A stretch of DNA of 64,000 nucleotides from Candidatus Multivorans sp. (lineage in GTDB: Bacteria; Acidobacteriota; Thermoanaerobaculia; Multivoradales; Multivoraceae), in contig OZ245033.1 of NCBI GenBank assembly GCA_965224025.1, forward strand, positions 576,001-640,000, written 5' to 3'. Made by a program: the position numbers and the translations under genes. Positions 47,444 to 57,291 of this stretch are shown piece by piece. The notes under the pieces are model-generated. The model searched no databases. It was given only the letters and a program-made list of their open reading frames with translations, and was not told the DNA's origin. Every line of letters starts with the position of its first letter. Position 1 is the first letter of the stretch.

Positions 47444-49885
47444 ATGGGTGGTCTTGAACCATTTGGCCTTTTCTGCGCGCCCAAGGGGCGCTTGGTCGCC
47501 GGGTTGTTCTTCTCTCTGTACCTCGGATTGCCCGTCCAGGCGAGTGCCCAACAGACCGGCACGATTAACGGGACAGTGGTCGCTGGCGAGGACGGGCGGC
47601 CCGTTGCCGAGGCCCTCGTGACGATCGAAGGGGAGAGTCCCTCGGCGGTCACGAACGCGGTCGGCCGCTTCGAGATCTCCGGCGTGCCCGCGGGCGCCGC
47701 GGCGCTGACCGTCCAGGCACCCGGCTACCTGGAGCTTCAGGTCCCGGATGTGCAGGTGACTTCGGGCTCCGCGACGACCGTGACCATCGAGCTGGCCGCG
47801 ACGCCCAACTTCCTGGAACGCGTCCAGGTGACGGCGAGCAAGGCGCCGCTCAGCGTCGGCGAGATCGCGGCCCAGGCGGACATCGTCGAGCGGTCGGCGA
47901 TCGACGAGCGTGGCGACCAGCGGCTGACGCAGGCGATTTCCCACGTTCCCGGCGTGATCGTGAGCACCCAGGCGGGTTCGTTCGAGTCCGTCATGTTGCG
48001 CGGGCTTCCGCGCGGCGGCAACGAGTTCACGAACACGCTGCTGCTGGTCGACGGCGTACCGCAGACGGACTCGCGGAACAGCTCGCGCGTCGTCAACCTG
48101 CCGATTCACGACGCCGACAGCATCGAGGTCGTGCGCGGACCGAATTCGGCGCTCTACGGGCGGACCGCCATCGGCGGCGCGGTGAATGTCCGCACGGGCG
48201 AGCCGACGGCCGACGGCCGCTATGGGCTCGATCTGACCGGCGGCGACTTCGACTACTTCAAGGGGGCGGCCCGGGCGTCGGGTCCGGTCGGCGACTGGGG
48301 CGGCTACTTCGTGTCCGCGTCGAGCGAGCGGAACACGGGCTTCTACACCGGGACGTCGGACTTCGAAGTCGACCAGACGTCGATCTTCGGCAAGCTGACC
48401 TTCGTGGCCGACGCGAAGTCGTTCGGCAAGGTGAGCGTGAACCGGGTGAGGTCCGCTCAGAGCCTGCCGACGAACGTACCGATCATCGGCGGCCGGTTCC
48501 TGAGCGACATCGATCCGCGCTTCGACCGGTTGACCGACCTGAACGTGCCCGGCACGAACTACCGGCAGAAGGAAGATCGCTTCACCGCGCACTACACGCG
48601 GCAGTTCACGGACCAGGTCGGGTGGGTGAACGTGCTGGGGTTCCGCGAGATCCAGTACAGGTTCATCGACTCGGGCGACATCACGGGCGCGCCCTTCGAC
48701 CTGGCCGCCAACACGCTCACCCAGTATCCGTTCGAGCTGCAGACCGACGAGGACATCTTCTACGGGGAATCGCGGATCGAGAGCGACTTCTTGGCCGGTG
48801 TCGACATGTACCTGATGCTGGGCGGTTCGTACGAGCGAACCACCGGATTCGGCGCCGGGAACCTGATGTACACGGACGCCGACACCTTCGGCCGGCCGCT
48901 CGACTACCTGAATCCCGTCCATCCGCCCCGGTCCGAGTGGGAGTTCTTCCGGTTCGGCGGCAACGACTACAACCTCGGCGTCACGGGCTTCTTCGGGCAG
49001 TGGGGCGTCGAGCCGACGGATCGGCTGATGTTGACGGCCGGCGGCCGCTACGACCGGCTGGATCTGGAGAACACGCTGACGTTCCGGGACGGCGACCCCG
49101 TGGTGGAAGACAGTTTCGACGCCTTCAGCCCGAAGTTCGGCGCGATCGTGAAGCTGCTGCCCGATGGCGCCGCCGCCAGCGTGAATCTCTACGCGCAGTA
49201 CTCCGAGGCGTTCCTGCCGCCGCGCCGTCCGAGCGGTCTTCGACCCGGCGACGACGAGATCGAGCTCAACCCGGAGGACATCGACAACTTCGAGGTCGGG
49301 ATCAAGAGCAGCCTTCTCGACGGGCGGCTCTCGCTCGAGGGCACCTGGTTCGACATGACGCGGGACGGCATCGTGCACAGCGTCCGGCAGGGACCCTTCT
49401 TCGTCCCGACGAACGCGGGCGAGCACGAGTACACGGGGTTCGAGCTTGGGGCGCGCTATGCGGCGTCGTCGCGGGTTGCGCTATACGCGAACGCGGCTCT
49501 TTACGACAACCGCTTCGGCGACTTCAGGATCGAGAGTTCCGGCGGCGTCACCGACCTGTCCGGAAACCGCCTGCCGATCGCGCCGGATCAGGTCCTCAAC
49601 GGCGGCATCGAGTTCTCGCCGGCAGACGTCTGGAAGGTCCGTGTCGACGTCAAGCACGTCGGCGACGTGGCGGTCGATCAGGGCAACACGTTCGAGCTCG
49701 ACCCATACACCCTGCTGGACGCCTCGGTGTCGTGGTGGGTCTCGGACGCGATTCGCCTCACCCTGTCGGCGCACAACCTGCTCGACGAGGAGTACTACTG
49801 GAACGGAGACACCTCGCGGGCCGAGTCGGCTGATCCGGGGGCGCCGCGGCAGGTACTGCTGGGCGCCTCGTTCTCGTTCCGTTGA
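47444..49885 (+). CDS. TonB-dependent receptor
   Basis: Carboxypeptidase-regulatory-like N-domain, VQVTASK, LLVDGVP, IEVVRGPNSALYG, NLLDEEY, aromatic C-terminus. Confidence 0.93.
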   Translation: MGGLEPFGLFCAPKGRLVAGLFFSLYLGLPVQASAQQTGTINGTVVAGEDGRPVAEALVTIEGESPSAVTNAVGRFEISGVPAGAAALTVQAPGYLELQVPDVQVTSGSATTVTIELAATPNFLERVQVTASKAPLSVGEIAAQADIVERSAIDERGDQRLTQAISHVPGVIVSTQAGSFESVMLRGLPRGGNEFTNTLLLVDGVPQTDSRNSSRVVNLPIHDADSIEVVRGPNSALYGRTAIGGAVNVRTGEPTADGRYGLDLTGGDFDYFKGAARASGPVGDWGGYFVSASSERNTGFYTGTSDFEVDQTSIFGKLTFVADAKSFGKVSVNRVRSAQSLPTNVPIIGGRFLSDIDPRFDRLTDLNVPGTNYRQKEDRFTAHYTRQFTDQVGWVNVLGFREIQYRFIDSGDITGAPFDLAANTLTQYPFELQTDEDIFYGESRIESDFLAGVDMYLMLGGSYERTTGFGAGNLMYTDADTFGRPLDYLNPVHPPRSEWEFFRFGGNDYNLGVTGFFGQWGVEPTDRLMLTAGGRYDRLDLENTLTFRDGDPVVEDSFDAFSPKFGAIVKLLPDGAAASVNLYAQYSEAFLPPRRPSGLRPGDDEIELNPEDIDNFEVGIKSSLLDGRLSLEGTWFDMTRDGIVHSVRQGPFFVPTNAGEHEYTGFELGARYAASSRVALYANAALYDNRFGDFRIESSGGVTDLSGNRLPIAPDQVLNGGIEFSPADVWKVRVDVKHVGDVAVDQGNTFELDPYTLLDASVSWWVSDAIRLTLSAHNLLDEEYYWNGDTSRAESADPGAPRQVLLGASFSFR

Positions 49886-50054
49886 GCGGCGGCGGCGAGC
49901 CCGACGCCGAGAGCACGTCTGGCGAGTTCCGGCCGCCGCCCCCGAACCAACCGCCGCGCTGGGCCGAGGTGGAGCAGTTCAGCATTACTATGTGAATGTT
50001 GAAGCTCTGATCCGAGGCGGCGAATCCGGCTGGGCCCGGGGCAGGGAGTTCTGC

Positions 50055-50414
50055 ATGAATGAAGTCAGATCGATCCAGAACCTGCCGAATCAGACCGGTG
50101 CGCTCGACCCGCGCGTCCTCGACGACATCGTCAGGCGTGTAGTGGAGGTTGCGGCGCCCGAGCAAATCATCCTGTTCGGCTCTGCCGCACGCGGCGAGAT
50201 GGGGCCGCACAGCGATGTCGATCTGCTGGTCGTGGTTGAGACCGGCGACACGCATCGGCTCACGGGAGACATCTATGGAAACCTCTTCGGTGTGGGTGCG
50301 CCTGTCGACGTCATAGTGGCCTCGCCGGAGCATGTCGAGCGATATCGCGACACTCATGCGCTCGTGATCAAGCCGGCCCTTCGGGAAGGAAGGGTGATCT
50401 ACGGTGCCTACTGA
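50055..50414 (+). CDS. minimal nucleotidyltransferase (MNT) antitoxin
   Basis: IILFGSAARG...SDVDLLVV, VDVIV; GGGAG RBS. Confidence 0.88.
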   Translation: MNEVRSIQNLPNQTGALDPRVLDDIVRRVVEVAAPEQIILFGSAARGEMGPHSDVDLLVVVETGDTHRLTGDIYGNLFGVGAPVDVIVASPEHVERYRDTHALVIKPALREGRVIYGAY

Positions 50415-50892
50415 GGTCTTTCCCCCGGAGGACCCACGCGAGTGGATGAACCGCGCCCGTAGCGATCTAACCTTGGCGAAGAACCGGCTTGCGGGCGTCT
50501 ACCTCGCTGATCTCTGCTTCCATGCTCAGCAGGCGGCCGAGAAGGCGGTCAAGGCGCTGATGATCGAGCGCGACATCGAGTTTCCGTATGTTCACGATCT
50601 GACCCACCTCCTCGGCTTGCTGAGCGAGGCGGGATTCGTTGTGCCTGAAGAGATCCTGGCGGCAAAGGAACTGACTCGGTATGCGACGTTCACCCGCTAT
50701 CCCGGCCTGGGCGACCGAGTCTCCGATCGCCAGTACGCCGACGGGCTCAGGATCGCCGATACTGTTGTGCGTTGGGCCGAGGCTGCCTTTGAGGATTCGC
50801 GTCTGGCTCTGGACCGACCAAACGATCCCGCCGACCCGGATCTCGACTGGGAAGACGTCAAGGACGAACTGCTCGATCAGGATCAGGAGTAG
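50404..50892 (+). CDS. HEPN-domain protein
   Basis: W..RARSDL, CFHAQQAAEKAVKA, HDL..L, LT.YA..TRYPG. Confidence 0.88.
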   Translation: MPTEVFPPEDPREWMNRARSDLTLAKNRLAGVYLADLCFHAQQAAEKAVKALMIERDIEFPYVHDLTHLLGLLSEAGFVVPEEILAAKELTRYATFTRYPGLGDRVSDRQYADGLRIADTVVRWAEAAFEDSRLALDRPNDPADPDLDWEDVKDELLDQDQE

Positions 50893-50904
50893 CGCCGTCG
50901 CTGC

Positions 50905-52680
50905 CTAAGGACCGGCGTACTCCAGCGCGAAGACGAACAGATTGTTCGCGAAACCCGGCTTCAACTCCGGCGTGAGCCGCAGGAAGCTCGACGTGGTCGC
51001 CGAGATACCGGTGCTCACCGCCACGTACTGCGTGCCGTCGACGGCATAGGTGATCGGGTAGCCGGTCACGGGCGCGCCGAGGTTGACCTCCCACAGCACC
51101 TCGCCGGTCTCCTGGCTGTAGGCCTTGAAACGGCCGTTCACATCACCGCCGAAGAGCAGTCCGCCGCCGGTGGCGACGAGTGATGTCGTCGACGCGCGCT
51201 GCTCGTGGAGCCACACCGTCTTGCCGGTCTCGGCCGAGATCGCGTAGACGGTGCCGAGGTTCTCCGTCCCCGGCGCCAGTTCGTGGCGGACGCTCAGGGC
51301 GTAGATCGTGTGGGAGGCGCTCGGGTCCGTCGTCGTCAGCGTCGGCATGCACATGTTCCGCAGCGGGTAGTACAGCGTGTTCGTCTCCGGGCTATAGGCG
51401 CCGGCCTCCCAGTCCTTGCCGCCGTGCATGTTGGGGCAGATGAGCCGCTCTTCTTCCAGGGCGTTGAAGATGACCTCGGGGTTCTCGGTCGCCTTGCCGG
51501 TCTCGCCGTCGATGCTCTGGATCACGTTCTGGTAGACGGTCGGCCGCGCCCAGAGGAACTCTCCGGTCTCGCGGTCGATGGAGTAGACGAGAGCCGTCTT
51601 GCCGGGGATGCCGGTGATCACCTTGCGGACCTCGCGGTGTTCGATGTTCGGGTTGATCCAGGCCACCTCGTCGGGGTCGGGGGCCACCGCGGTATCAACG
51701 ATCACGCGCTCGAACGGATGGTCCAGATCCCAGTGGTCGTTCATGTGCTGGTAGTGCCAGACGATCTCGCCGGTGTCGCCGTCGAGAGCGAGCGTGGAGT
51801 TGTGGTAGAGGTGCGTCTTGTCCGTACCGCCGAGCATGAACTTGGGCGCCGGGGCGGTGACCGACGTGCCGGCGAAGAGCAGGTTGAGTTCCGGGTCGTA
51901 GCTCGGCGGCATCCAGGAGCCGACGTGGGCCCGTTCTTTGAACGGCACGTCGCCCCAGGTCTCGTTGCCCGGTTCGCCGGGCGCCGGAATCGTGCGGCGC
52001 CGCCACACCTCCTCGCCGGTCAGCGCGTCGTGGGCTGTGATCACGCAGGCGTCGGGCCCGCCGCGCGGCGAGCAACTGCGGCCGGAGAACGCCTTCCCAT
52101 TGCCGATGATCGGGCCGGCGCCCTGCAGTGCGGGGTGGGTCCGGTAGTCCAGGACCATCGTCTCCCAGACCATCTTTCCGCTCTCCGCGTCGAGCGCGAA
52201 GAGGTGATCGTCGACGCTGGTGTCGATGATCAGGTTCGCGTAGATCGCGATGTTCCGGTTGTTCTCGGACAGGAAGCCCCCGACGTGCTCCTTCGCGTCG
52301 TCGGGGATCTTGCGGCGGTGCTCCCAGATCAGGTCGCCTGTCGCCGCGTCGAGCGCCTGGATCACATCGTCCGGGTTCGGCATGTACATGACGCCCCGGT
52401 ACGCGAGGGGCGTGCCCGTCTGGCTGCCGTCGTTGAGCGAGCGGGTCCACACCATGCGCAGGTCGCCGACGTTCTCCGGCGTGATCTGATCGAGCGGGCT
52501 GTAGCCCCAGCCGTTCGCGGTGCGCCGCCACATGAGCCAGTCCTCGGGCGCCGGGTTCTCGAGCATCTCGTCGGTGACCGGGACGAAGGCGTCGCCGGAC
52601 TGGGCGTGGACGACGGCGAGGCTCAGTAGCTGAGCGAAGACCGCGGCGGCGACGATCGGGTATCCGTACCGGTTCTGCAT
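50905..52680 (-). CDS. PQQ-dependent dehydrogenase-like beta-propeller protein
   Basis: WLMWRRT..GWGYSPLDQI, repeated ALDA.TG..W units, DHWDLD, CP..HGGKDW, QYVAV. Confidence 0.9.
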   Translation of the reverse strand: MQNRYGYPIVAAAVFAQLLSLAVVHAQSGDAFVPVTDEMLENPAPEDWLMWRRTANGWGYSPLDQITPENVGDLRMVWTRSLNDGSQTGTPLAYRGVMYMPNPDDVIQALDAATGDLIWEHRRKIPDDAKEHVGGFLSENNRNIAIYANLIIDTSVDDHLFALDAESGKMVWETMVLDYRTHPALQGAGPIIGNGKAFSGRSCSPRGGPDACVITAHDALTGEEVWRRRTIPAPGEPGNETWGDVPFKERAHVGSWMPPSYDPELNLLFAGTSVTAPAPKFMLGGTDKTHLYHNSTLALDGDTGEIVWHYQHMNDHWDLDHPFERVIVDTAVAPDPDEVAWINPNIEHREVRKVITGIPGKTALVYSIDRETGEFLWARPTVYQNVIQSIDGETGKATENPEVIFNALEEERLICPNMHGGKDWEAGAYSPETNTLYYPLRNMCMPTLTTTDPSASHTIYALSVRHELAPGTENLGTVYAISAETGKTVWLHEQRASTTSLVATGGGLLFGGDVNGRFKAYSQETGEVLWEVNLGAPVTGYPITYAVDGTQYVAVSTGISATTSSFLRLTPELKPGFANNLFVFALEYAGP

Positions 52681-52739
52681 CGGGAACCTCTCTTCTGTGT
52701 GGCCGGAGCCGTAGAGTATTGCCCGGTAACCTGCGGGGC

Positions 52740-53083
52740 GGAGCCGGCCTCCGGCCGGCGCGTTTCCTGGCCGCCTTCGCCGGCAGCGGACCAGAAGGTC
52801 CGCGCACCCAGAGATACGGCGCGGGTCTGGCGAGGCTCTCTACACAAACGACACGGTCTTACCGCCGCCACGAGGAGAAGGTGCCGGCCTGCGGCCGGCC
52901 GGTGGTCTGGCCGCCTTCGGCGGCAGCGGACCGGAAGGTCCGCGCACCCAGAGCGCCACCTTTCCCGGATGGAGAGTCTCTACTGCAGATCCGCCACTTG
53001 AAGTGACGCCATGACGGTTGCAGAACAGAAGCGCGCTCTCGTTGCAGCGTATCTCTGGGTGCGCGGACCTTCTGGTCCGCATC
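52740..53083. repeat. cluster of three REP/MITE-like copies
   Basis: 52740-52820 (+), 52880-52953 (+), 53048-53083 (-); core GCGGACC(A/G)GAAGGTCCGCGCACCCAGAG. Confidence 0.88.
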
Positions 53084-53187
53084 GCCCGGAGTGATGCTCG
53101 CGCAATCTCGGCAGGCAGGCGATGTCGCCGACAACTCGCGCTCGCTGCTTCGCAGCGGCTCGCCAGTACAGGTGCCAGCTAGGCTAG

Positions 53188-56019
53188 CTGGCAACGCCGC
53201 ACAAGAAGCTCGCTTTCGCCTCGGCTGCCGTAGCGGCAGCCGCTCTGTTCGCCCTATGTCCGTCCGTTCCGGCGCAGGAAGCCGGTGCGCTCGCCGGCGA
53301 CGGCGTCACCTCGCTCCTCGTCCGCCTTGGCGTGAACGACAGTGCGGCCCGCGACTGGGACGGCTCGCTCGAGATCTCGGGCGGCGAGTTGCTCGGCCTC
53401 CGCGACTGGCGGCCGCGGCCCGCCAACGAGGTCGAGGGCAGCATCTGGAAGCTTGCCAGCTACAAGGGCCAGAACTTCACCCCCCGCGCCATCCACGACA
53501 CCCAGACCGTCGGTCCGGTCGAGTACTACCGGTCGCCCGGACTGGTCGTCGACGTGCGGGGCAACGGCGGCTCGCGCCTGATGTTCGCCACCGCCAACGG
53601 CGAGTTCGAGGTCCGGCTTGCCGATGTTGCGTTCGGTCGTCGGCTGCGGTTCCTGGGCGGCGACGTGACGGTCGAGCGCGTGCCGGGTGTGGAGCGGATG
53701 ACCTCCGACGAGTACCAGAACGACTTCGCCACGATCCTCGGCAGTGACGGCGACGAGGTCTGGGCCGCCTGGCTCGGCTACCGCGACAACGCGAACGAGG
53801 TGCTCGCGCGGCGCTTCGACGGACAGGGCTGGGGAGAGGTCGAGACCCTGACGGAGCAGCCCGGCGATCACTATCTCGTGAAGATGGGCCGCGACGGGGA
53901 CGGCCGCCCCTGGGTCTTCTACTCGGCTCAGGTCGACGGTAACTGGGACCTCTACGCCCGCGTCCTCGACGCCGACGCCTGGTCGCCGGCGGAACGACTG
54001 ACCGAGGCGCCGCAGCCGGACGTCTTCCACAACCTGGCGACGGACGCCGAAGGCAATCTCTGGGTAGTCTGGCAGGGCTTCCGCGACGGCGCCGCCGACA
54101 TCTTTGCCCGCCGCCACGACGGCAAGCGCCGGTCCGAGGCGGAACAGGTCTCGTCGTCGCCGGCGAACGACTGGGAGCCGGTGATTGTCGCCGACTCGAA
54201 GGGCGGCGTCTACGTCGGCTGGGACAGCTACGGCGCCGGCAACTACGACGTGCTGGTCCGCCGCCATGCCGGCGGCGAGTGGGGAGAGGAGATGCCGGTC
54301 GCCGCGACGGCCAAGTACGAGGCGCACCTGAGCCTCGCCGTCGACGGACAGGACCGGGTCTGGGCGGCGTGGAACGAGAGCGGGGTGAACTGGGGGAAGG
54401 ACACCGGCTGGGTGCTCAACCGGGAGGGCACGCGGCTCTACGAGTGGCGCACGATGAATGTCGCGGTCCACGACGGCTGGGAATGGCGGTCGCCGGCCCC
54501 GGACTTGGGCGAGGCGCTACCCGAGGAACTCCACGGGTACAACGACTTCCCCGTGCTGTTCCCGGACGCCGACGGACGCATCTGGCTCCATTTCCGGCAC
54601 CGGACCACTCGACAGGCCGACATCCTCAGCGAGTCCCCGGCCCACCGGGCCGCCTGGGAAGTCTGGAGCACGACGCTCCAGGGCGACCGCTGGCTCCGGC
54701 CGCAGCACATCCCGATGACTCGCTTTCGGCAGGATGCCCGCTGGGGCCTGGCATCGGACGGCAGCGGCGATGTCTGGGCGGTCTGGCCGACGGACAACCG
54801 GGACTACGACGGCTTCCTGTTCGAACACGCCGACATCTACGCCGCGAAACTGCCTCGGCTCGAGACGAAGGTCGTGTCTCCGAAGCTGGTGGCCCGCATC
54901 GTCGACGAGGTGCCGGCCTACGTGATCCACGAGAACGAGGAGGAAGACCTGGAGAGGATCCGCGGCTACGAGATCGAGTCCGAAGGGAAGACGTACCGCA
55001 TCTACCGGGGCGACACCCACCGGCACACCGAGATCTCGATGGACGGCAACAACGACGGTTCCCTGATCCAGACCTACCGCTACGCGATGGACGCCGGCGG
55101 GCTCGACTTCCTCCTGGCCAGCGAACACAACTTCCTGGGCGGCCCGGACATCGACTACATCAACTGGCTCCTGCACCAGACGGTCGACGTGTTCTCGGTC
55201 TCCGGCCGCTTCCAGCCCTTCTACGGCTACGAACGGAGCATCTCCTTCCCCGATGGGCACCGGAACATCCTGTTCGCGGAGCGCGGCAAGCCGACGCTGC
55301 CGGTCACCGACGCGGAGCGGGCCCACGAGGAGGGCGCGGCGAGGCTCTACGAGTACCTGAAGGAGCAGAAGGGCATCGCCATCTCCCACACCTCTGCCTC
55401 GAACATGGGCACCGACTGGCGCGACAACGACCCGGAGGTGGAGCCCCTGGTCGAGCTCTACCAGGGCGACCGGGTCTCCAACGAGTACGAGGGCGCGCCG
55501 CGCGCCGCCCGCACCGGCAACCTGCGCTCGGCGCCGGGCGGCTTCCAGCCCGCGGGCTACGTCTGGAACGCCTGGGCCAAGGGCTACAAGCTCGGTGTCC
55601 AGGCGGCGTCGGACCACCTGTCGACGCATATCTCCTACGCCGCCACGATCGCCGAAGAGTTCACGCGCGAGGGCATGCTCGACGCGATGAGGAAGCGGCA
55701 CAGCTACGGCGCGACGGACAACATCGTCCTCGACTACCGTCTGCGGACCGGCGGCAGAGAGTACCTCCAGGGCGACATCCTGACCGCGGACGGGGACTTC
55801 CGGCTCAGCGTCCGCGTCATCGGCACGACGCCCATCCGCCAGATCGACATCATCCGCGACCAGACCTTCCTGTACAACCGCCAGAATCTCGAAGCCGACG
55901 TCAGCCTCGAGTTCGCCGACGCCGACGTCGAACCGGGCGAGCACCTCTACTACGTGCGGGTGATCCAGGTCGACGGCAACATGGCCTGGTCGTCGCCGAT
56001 CTGGGTGACGGTGGAGTAA
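53188..56019 (+). CDS. large secreted protein: beta-propeller-like repeats plus PHP-type metallohydrolase (DUF3604/CehA-McbA-like)
   Basis: GDTHRHTEIS.DG, DFL..SEH, GYE, GHRN, ISHT, AASDH, YYVRVIQ.DG.MAWSSPIW; the frame extends 48 codons above 53332 through a signal peptide. Confidence 0.8.
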   Translation: MATPHKKLAFASAAVAAAALFALCPSVPAQEAGALAGDGVTSLLVRLGVNDSAARDWDGSLEISGGELLGLRDWRPRPANEVEGSIWKLASYKGQNFTPRAIHDTQTVGPVEYYRSPGLVVDVRGNGGSRLMFATANGEFEVRLADVAFGRRLRFLGGDVTVERVPGVERMTSDEYQNDFATILGSDGDEVWAAWLGYRDNANEVLARRFDGQGWGEVETLTEQPGDHYLVKMGRDGDGRPWVFYSAQVDGNWDLYARVLDADAWSPAERLTEAPQPDVFHNLATDAEGNLWVVWQGFRDGAADIFARRHDGKRRSEAEQVSSSPANDWEPVIVADSKGGVYVGWDSYGAGNYDVLVRRHAGGEWGEEMPVAATAKYEAHLSLAVDGQDRVWAAWNESGVNWGKDTGWVLNREGTRLYEWRTMNVAVHDGWEWRSPAPDLGEALPEELHGYNDFPVLFPDADGRIWLHFRHRTTRQADILSESPAHRAAWEVWSTTLQGDRWLRPQHIPMTRFRQDARWGLASDGSGDVWAVWPTDNRDYDGFLFEHADIYAAKLPRLETKVVSPKLVARIVDEVPAYVIHENEEEDLERIRGYEIESEGKTYRIYRGDTHRHTEISMDGNNDGSLIQTYRYAMDAGGLDFLLASEHNFLGGPDIDYINWLLHQTVDVFSVSGRFQPFYGYERSISFPDGHRNILFAERGKPTLPVTDAERAHEEGAARLYEYLKEQKGIAISHTSASNMGTDWRDNDPEVEPLVELYQGDRVSNEYEGAPRAARTGNLRSAPGGFQPAGYVWNAWAKGYKLGVQAASDHLSTHISYAATIAEEFTREGMLDAMRKRHSYGATDNIVLDYRLRTGGREYLQGDILTADGDFRLSVRVIGTTPIRQIDIIRDQTFLYNRQNLEADVSLEFADADVEPGEHLYYVRVIQVDGNMAWSSPIWVTVE

Positions 56020-56051
56020 CCCTGGGAACGCGGGTGGCGCGCCCGAGTGGC

Positions 56052-57248
56052 TCAGTGGTCCCGCGCGTAGTGCTGCCGGAGCAGGTCCTTGCCGTAGTCG
56101 TTGCCGTTCGGAGTCCGCACCACGGCATGGATGTGCTGGCGGATGGGCCCGCGGCCTTCGACGAGATGGCGGATGCCGACGGGCCGCTGGTGGTCGAACT
56201 CGATCAGGATGACCGGGCTGTGGATGCGGTAGTAGAAGACCGAATCGTCGCCGGTGCCGCCGATCCAGGCGAAGTGGGACTCGTCGAGGTGGGCCTCGAC
56301 TTCGTCCATCCGCACCCGGGCGTGCTCGTCTCGCATGTTGTGGACGTAGATGCCGATCAGGTCGAGCAGTTGCTCCCTGGCCTCGGCTGACAGTTCGGCG
56401 GCGGGGATACCCGCATAGTCGAGGACGATGTTGTCGCTGAACGCCTCGCCGAGGTTGTTGTTGCCGTCCTTGGAGGTCTCGACGATCGCCTTCGCGCGCT
56501 GCTCTTCGGTCAGGGAACGGATCAGCGCCAGACCGTGGTCCTGCTCCCGTTGCATGATCACGGTTCCCTTGAACTTCCCGGACTCGGCGATCACCGGTTC
56601 GGAGCCGACGAACAGCGGCGTCATGACGACCTGGTCACCGAGCACGAAGTAGTTGATGATCAGGTGGTGGCCGTCGACCTGCCAGCCCCAGGGCTGGTCG
56701 GCCGATGGTTCGCCCATCACGGTGATCCAGTACAGCCACTCGTTGTACTCGGCGAAGTTGTCGTTGTTCAGTTCGCCGAGGGTGCGGTTGAGGTTCATGA
56801 TGTCGCGGCTCAGCTTCAGGCCGTCCGCGCTCAGCGAGGCGCGCATCAGGCCGAAGGCGGCTTCGCGCTGGCTGGCGTCCATCTCGTCGAAGCCGACTCC
56901 CTGGCGCACGTAGAAGTGCTGGTTCATCCACTTGCGCCATTCGTCGTCGGCTATCGGGAACGTCGTCTTGGCGCGCTGCTCGGTGGAGAGGGCTGCCAGG
57001 AACGTCTCGGCGGCGAGGCGGACCGGCTCCGTCGACACGCCGGTCGACTCGATCTTGAACAGGCCGCGCTGGATGCCGGAGCTGGCGTGGATGCCGACGT
57101 ACGGGTCGTCGGCGAGGCGGGCGTCGATTTGCCGGCTGCGCTCCCGCATCCGGTCGGCACGGTCGCCGGGTCGTTGGGCGAACGCGGCATCGACCGCGAG
57201 CGCACCGAGAGCGGTCAGGAACACCACGCGAAGGGCTGTGACTCTCAT
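56052..57248 (-). CDS. DUF3500-family protein
   Basis: WGWQVDGHH, TPLFVGSEP, FAWIG, FYYRIHSP.ILIEFDH, HIHAVVRTPNGNDYG. Confidence 0.9.
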   Translation of the reverse strand: MRVTALRVVFLTALGALAVDAAFAQRPGDRADRMRERSRQIDARLADDPYVGIHASSGIQRGLFKIESTGVSTEPVRLAAETFLAALSTEQRAKTTFPIADDEWRKWMNQHFYVRQGVGFDEMDASQREAAFGLMRASLSADGLKLSRDIMNLNRTLGELNNDNFAEYNEWLYWITVMGEPSADQPWGWQVDGHHLIINYFVLGDQVVMTPLFVGSEPVIAESGKFKGTVIMQREQDHGLALIRSLTEEQRAKAIVETSKDGNNNLGEAFSDNIVLDYAGIPAAELSAEAREQLLDLIGIYVHNMRDEHARVRMDEVEAHLDESHFAWIGGTGDDSVFYYRIHSPVILIEFDHQRPVGIRHLVEGRGPIRQHIHAVVRTPNGNDYGKDLLRQHYARDH

Positions 57249-57291
57249 GGAATCACTCTACTGCGCGGTGCGCCGCGACTATTCTCCGCGG

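Noticed and set aside
52740-53083. Repeat cluster as a mini-CRISPR
   Set aside because: Units are long, degenerate, in mixed orientation and dispersed elsewhere in the window, which fits REP/MITE behaviour
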